A DNA stretch of 64,000 nt from the human T2T-CHM13v2.0 reference genome, Homo sapiens, in the NCBI RefSeq assembly GCF_009914755.1, contig NC_060935.1; one strand, written 5' to 3'. Every line of letters begins with the position of its first letter. Positions within the stretch are counted from its first letter, which is position 1. Both the position numbers and the translations under genes were made by a program. Under the pieces are notes generated by a model that did no database searches, was not told the origin of the DNA, and worked only from the letters and a program-made list of their open reading frames with translations. Of the stretch, positions 59,062-64,000 are shown piece after piece.

Positions 59062-60654
59062 GAGAATCATGTTTTAAAAGCATAATTAAAATGTAAAGCG
59101 AGAGAAAGACCATCACTCTCAATGGTGATAATGTACCATGATCTGAAAGAAAGGGAGAGCAGAAAGCAGGAGGGAGGGAGGGAACAAAGAGACCAAACAT
59201 AGAATATGTTAGAATTTGCCAGCAATGTATTGCATCTGAAATTCTGAAAGGGTCAGATCCCTGCTGGTAGAATGAGGCATCAGGTTATTTCATCTAAATT
59301 ATCAAAAGTAATGTCAGAGGCAGTGTATATATGCATGCACACACACATACACACAAATACACATTTACATATGAATGGGGCAAAAACCTACTTGAGCTAC
59401 CAGGAAGGAGTAAGTCAGGAAGGGGTAACTTGCCTACCTGACCCCATTATGAATTAGAAATAGGCACCTCTTCTCCAGAACAGGCACAGCTTGTGACAGG
59501 GCACACAGCTCAGCCAGCAGACTGCAAGCTGGATTTTAGCACCACTCACACACTGAGAAAGGGACCTTTGTGCAGAACACAATGGCACAACCCTAAGAGA
59601 TGGCCCTGCAGTGGTTATTCTCTTTCATCAGACTCCAGAGGAAAACTGAACAGGCTTAAACAATACACAAGATGAGCAAGCAAAGGCACGGGAGGTGCAG
59701 ATGGTGAGAGCATCTCTTATGAGCAAAACCAAGAGCCCTGAGCCTCAAAGCAGAAATGTTGTCAAGCTCAGCTTCCCACATCAGAGCATCCCCTGGGCTT
59801 GGGAAAGATCATCACTCGCAAAAGAACATAACATCCCATCATCTTTAAATTAAATGTTTACAGTGCTGCTCTGGGAATGTTCAGAGTCAGCACATGACTC
59901 TTTAAACTCAAATTCTTTAAACTCAAATTCTTTTCCCTCTGGCCAAGGCAACTTGACCCAAACACTGTCTCTCTTGCTATAAGATCTTCATAGAGACGTT
60001 ATACCACACGTTCTCGAGGTTGAGGAATGACTGGATGTTAGCATGCAGCAAAGGAAGAAGAGGGCAATGAAGAAAGGAATACGAAGACATTAACAACAAC
60101 AAGCAACTTGAAATGCTAAAGAACAAATCTTAATCAAAATGGCTTACAGACATGAAAGGAAGAATTAAAACTTTAAAAAAAGAAACTTTACATCTGACAA
60201 CCGTGTTACAGCCTACAAGGCTAGTGCTTTTACAACCACAAAATCATGGGATCTTCACAACGATCCTGTAAAATTGGTATTAAAATCATAAAACATGCCG
60301 GAGGAGAAGGAAGGGAAGGGGCATCACAGGGCAAAGGCTGGGAGGGTTCAAGTCTCAAGATAGAGAGGCCACGGCCAGCTGCTCACCCAAAGAGAAAGCA
60401 CTTTTAACTCTAGAGGTACCCAACAGGCAATATAAGATGGATATTAAGGTCGTAGACTCTAGAGACAATTGGAACTGAAGTCTAAACAGCTAGCAGGAAC
60501 TTAGACAAGTCAATTAATCATTCTAAGCTTGCTTCCTTGTCTGCAGAATGGAATAGTAATAGCCTCATCATAGTGTTACTGTGAAAGGTAAATGTTTATA
60601 ACATGCTTACTAAAATGCCTGTTTTTATAGTAAGTGCTCAATAACTAGAAGCTG

Positions 60655-62010
60655 TTACTCATTCATGTATTCAATACATATTACTGAGTGCTTATCTCGA
60701 GCCAGTCACTGGTCCAAGCTCAGGAATACAATGTTCAGCAAAAAACAGACATTGTATTAGTTCTCATGAAGCATATACTTTAGTGGGGTACAGTGGCAAT
60801 AATGATATAATTGCTAAAGTAAATATTATTTGTGAATTCATTTCTAAGAACTACAAAATTTCACAGTGCCAAATGTTTGAAAAGCTAACCTAGTTTAGAA
60901 AGATTTAGTGCAGGAAGGATCAAGAAACAATTACCTGTGAAAGCAAAATTTGAGTTGAGATCTGAAAAATGAATAGAGGCTAAGAAATAAAAAGCACTCT
61001 AAGGAGAAGGACTGGCATATTTAAATGCAGTGTGATAGGAGGGGGCACGACACAGTCTAGGAGATGGACAATGAGTGTGGCTGAAGCATCAAGATAGCAA
61101 GGAAGAGTAGCTCAAAATGAAGATAGGATAAAGAGGAGTGAATAGGCAGGAGCAGCCCCTTGTGGGCCACAGTGGGAATCGATGAGAAGCTGCCAAATGA
61201 TTTTCATTCTATTGGAATTGACTAACCCAAAAGGTGAGGAAGAGAGGGATAGCATGTTCACATGAAGTTTAAAATATGGTTCTGGCCATTTGTGTGGAGA
61301 ATGGATGAGAAGTAAAAGATAGAACAGATACTGAGAGAATTGTTTTGCCATTGTTACAGTGGTCTGGGCTAGAGACAATGATGGCTTAATATGGCAATAG
61401 AAGAAATGGCACAAAGTAAAGGAATCTGAGATCTGTTTAGTAAGTAGAGTTGACAGGGCTTTAGGATGGATTGGGTATGAAGGTTAAGAAAGATGGGAGA
61501 ATCAAGACTGTCTCACAGGTTTCTGGAAATACCAGTCACTTGAAGATGTCTCAATTTAGGGGAAAGATAATATATGAATTCATTTGTGGCTAAGTTGAGG
61601 TTAAGATGCCTTTGAGATGTCTAGATAGAAGGTTCATGCAGACATGTAGTCTAGAGCTCAAAGAGAGATCTAAGGTATGGATATGTATTTAAGAGTCTTT
61701 GACATATAGATAGCATGAGTTAGATCAAATAGGGTAAGAATATAGAATAAACTTTTTTAAAAAGAAAGTTTTAAGGACTTACAACAAAGGCTTAAGGAAT
61801 TTCAACATAATGATTAAGCAGTGAAGGATACATGTGCACATGTACCCTAAAACTTAAAGTATAATAATAATTTAGAAAAAGAAAAAAAAAGGGAGAAAAG
61901 GAATGTTCTAAGATAGGAATAAAACACAAAAAATGTAGAGTAACAAAAGTCAAGGGAATAGAAAGTTTGGAGTCAACATTATTAAATGCTGCTGAGAATT
62001 ATGTAAATTG
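60655..62010 (-). mobile_element. Long decayed L2
   Basis: CATTCATGTATTCAATACATATTACTGAGTGCTTA..TTGAGTTGAGATCTGAA..AGAGACAATGATGGCTT..GAGATCTGTTTAGTAAGTAGA..CAGGTTTCTGG..AAATGCTGCTGAGA. Confidence 0.65.
61833..61890 (+). mobile_element. Tiny L1PA 3' terminus (about 35 nt plus A-rich tail)
   Basis: TGTGCACATGTACCCTAAAACTTAAAGTATAATAA followed by an A-rich tail. Confidence 0.8.
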
Positions 62011-62929
62011 AGTGTTATAAATCACAGATCTATTTGCTATTCAACGGCTCAGAATTGCACACTTTTCATCAAGAAAAAAATGTTAAGGCTTAAAATTTTC
62101 AGTCATTTTCCTGAGTTTATGCAACAAGGAGGTGGTGGGTAGGGTTTCAAACCCAAACCTAGCACCAAAGCCTTTTCTGTGGAAGTTCCTGGGGCCTCTC
62201 TACTATCTTTTTTAGTGGTTAGAAGGCATTTCCTCACAATGGCACTGTTACCTGCAAACTGGAGGACTCTGACACTGAAAATTTGGCAACAATATCTTTC
62301 TTCTCTCTTCTCAGTAGCTGCACACCTCAACAGAATAAAACCATTTGTCTCTAGATCAGTAATTGGTGGAGGGAATGCCAAAGGAGACATGACAAAAAGG
62401 ACAAGGATGTTGTGGCATATGCCAGGACTTAATTGTAGCCATAATTTCATGTTGAGCCTAGGCTGGCAGAAGGTGCACCTGTGAAGTTGGTAGAACATCT
62501 GATTGCAGTCTCTTTGCAGAAGGGCTGCAGAGAATGCTAGAGAGAGATATTTAAAAGGTAAGAAGGAGCCTGTTCTGAAGAACTCAACTAAGAAAAAAGT
62601 CTTATCCATTAGCATGAAGTCACATTTCTAAGTTTAGCATAGTAGTTATTACTCAAATCCATCCCCACCCCAACCTTCTAGGTGACAAGAAGAGACAAGA
62701 CTGGATATCAAGTTTGAAAAAACATTTTATCATTTTTTTCCTCCTTTTGACACTCATAGCTTCTCTCTCAATTCCTGCCTTAGAACCAGTAAGAGCATCT
62801 TATTACCCCTGTTTATGTCCATCACCCCATGAAGCCCAAGACTCCCAGCTCATCTCCATTCACGAATTCACTAGCTCTGGTGTCTGTATGGCTCCATCCC
62901 ATTTTATGAACTCTTCTTCCACTTTTCTC

Positions 62930-64000
62930 CCTCTCCTGAAATCATTTCACTGTAACTCTGGAGCTTAAGGTCTCTCAGTACATTTCCCTGTGTCCTCAAG
63001 CTCTTCCAGTAACATTTCCTTCACCTTCTTGAACTAGCTGAAAACCCTGGCTCTTCCTCGAGGACGCTATAGCCCTCTAAAGTGGTTCTATGTTCTCTTT
63101 CACTCCTCCTTCCACTGGACCTGGACGTGGGGTAGAGACCTTCCTTACTACTTTAATAATGCTGTAAGACCATCCTTCCTCCTTCCTCACCAACAAAAAA
63201 ATCAAAGCTTTGAATATCACATCATGAAACTCTGTCTCCTACTACGCTTGTTTGTTTCATTCCCTTACCCACGCCTCCAAAGTCAAGTTCCTGCCCCCAA
63301 TTCTCAAAGATGCTCCTAGATTAGTGCCATTATTGTTTTGAAACACAACTCCTGTCCTGTCATAGGTCTCAAAGGTCCATCCCAGGGTGAGTACCGACCT
63401 GTTGTCAGCCTGGATGCTCCTGTAGAAGGTGTTTGGAGACCCCTGTTTGAAGTTCTCACCCCATCAGGAAGGACAGGATCAGGGACACGCTTAAAGAGGC
63501 AGTCTGGCTGCTTTTCTGTACAGCAGGTGTACCGTGTTGGGGGTAGCGTTTCCTTGTCCAGACTGCCTGGACTCTCCAGAGCCAGCAGTCTGGGAAGGCT
63601 GAGTCGACAGAACCACAGAGACATCAGCTGCCCCGCCCCACTGGGTCTCCATCCCAGGGAGAGATCAGAGTTTTGTTCACGTAACCCTGGCTGGTGTTGC
63701 TGAAATTCCCGCAGGGAGGCCCCACCCAGTGAGGAGGAATGGACTGGGGTCCCACTTAAGAAAGCAGTTTGGCCACGATCTGGCACAGCAATGACCTCTA
63801 CATAGATAATTCCAATGGTCAGTGCTCAGTCCTGATCTTACTTCAGTTTTCATTATCATGTAACACAGATGGTGACTCTTTTCCTCTAAACATTGGCATT
63901 GTTTGGCCTCCAGGACTCCATATTCACTTGGTTTTCCTCTGACCTCTGTGGCTGCTCTTTCTAATCTTGCTTTGCTGGTTCCTCCATATGACCCTGACCT
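62930..64000 (+). mobile_element. L2 ORF2-region remnant, interrupted by an L1 5'UTR piece
   Basis: C/T-rich L2-like CCTTCACCTTCTTG..CTGAAAACCCTGGCTC..GAGGAC, and TCCAATGGTCAG..CTCAGTCCTGATCTTAC..TGGTTTTCCTCTGACCTCTGTGGCTGCTC. Confidence 0.5.
63372..63791 (-). mobile_element. Internal L1PA8-13 (L1P3/P4)-type 5'UTR fragment
   Basis: TCCATCCCAGGG..GACCTGTTG..GCTCCTGTAGAAGGTG..GCTTAAAGAGGCAGTCTGGCTGC..CCCAGGGAGAGATCAGAG..CCCAGTGAGGAGGAATGG..GCCACGATCTG. Confidence 0.7.

Noticed and set aside
62103-62615. 170-aa minus-strand ORF in non-repeat DNA
   Set aside because: No recognisable domain, no splice or promoter context, and overlapped by an equally uninformative opposite ORF.
63316-63786. 156-aa and 121-aa ORFs
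   Set aside because: They lie in a GC-rich L1 5'UTR fragment where stop codons are scarce.

Overview
Primate (very probably human) genomic DNA, AT-rich and repeat-dense, with no intact protein-coding gene. The left 28.5 kb is the decaying end of a class II olfactory receptor (OR5) cluster with four + strand pseudogenes. One is full length (8952-9879) and OR5AK2-like, with one nonsense codon and two 1-nt deletions, best read as OR5AK4P. Three are fragments (789-1109; 16501-16792; 27138-28507, the last split by an L1/Alu insertion). From recalled, unverified gene order this would be chr11q12.1 (OR5BQ1P-OR5AK4P-OR5AO1P-OR5BP1P). The rest is Alu, L1, L2, MIR, MaLR/ERVL/ERV1 LTRs and microsatellites, including a nested L1 block (30.4-43.3 kb) holding a full-length, disabled L1PA5-like element. 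I see no evidence for a new gene system. The non-obvious signals are mutational fossils read directly from the sequence: (1) an old L1 3' transduction that was polyadenylated at a captured LTR poly(A) signal and is bounded by a 14-bp TSD; (2) a 1.5-kb TSD-flanked retrocopy of a non-coding 3'UTR carrying clustered miRNA seed matches; (3) a (TA)n tract inside an MLT2 LTR stuffed with three locally templated fragments in both orientations; (4) several other local templated insertions and fold-backs (in an Alu, in an L1MA, in L1 ORF1 and in an OR relic); (5) a back-to-back L1PA7 pair joined at a palindrome. Repeat subfamily names come from recalled consensus sequences and need RepeatMasker/Dfam confirmation. 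Mismatch counts are by eye.
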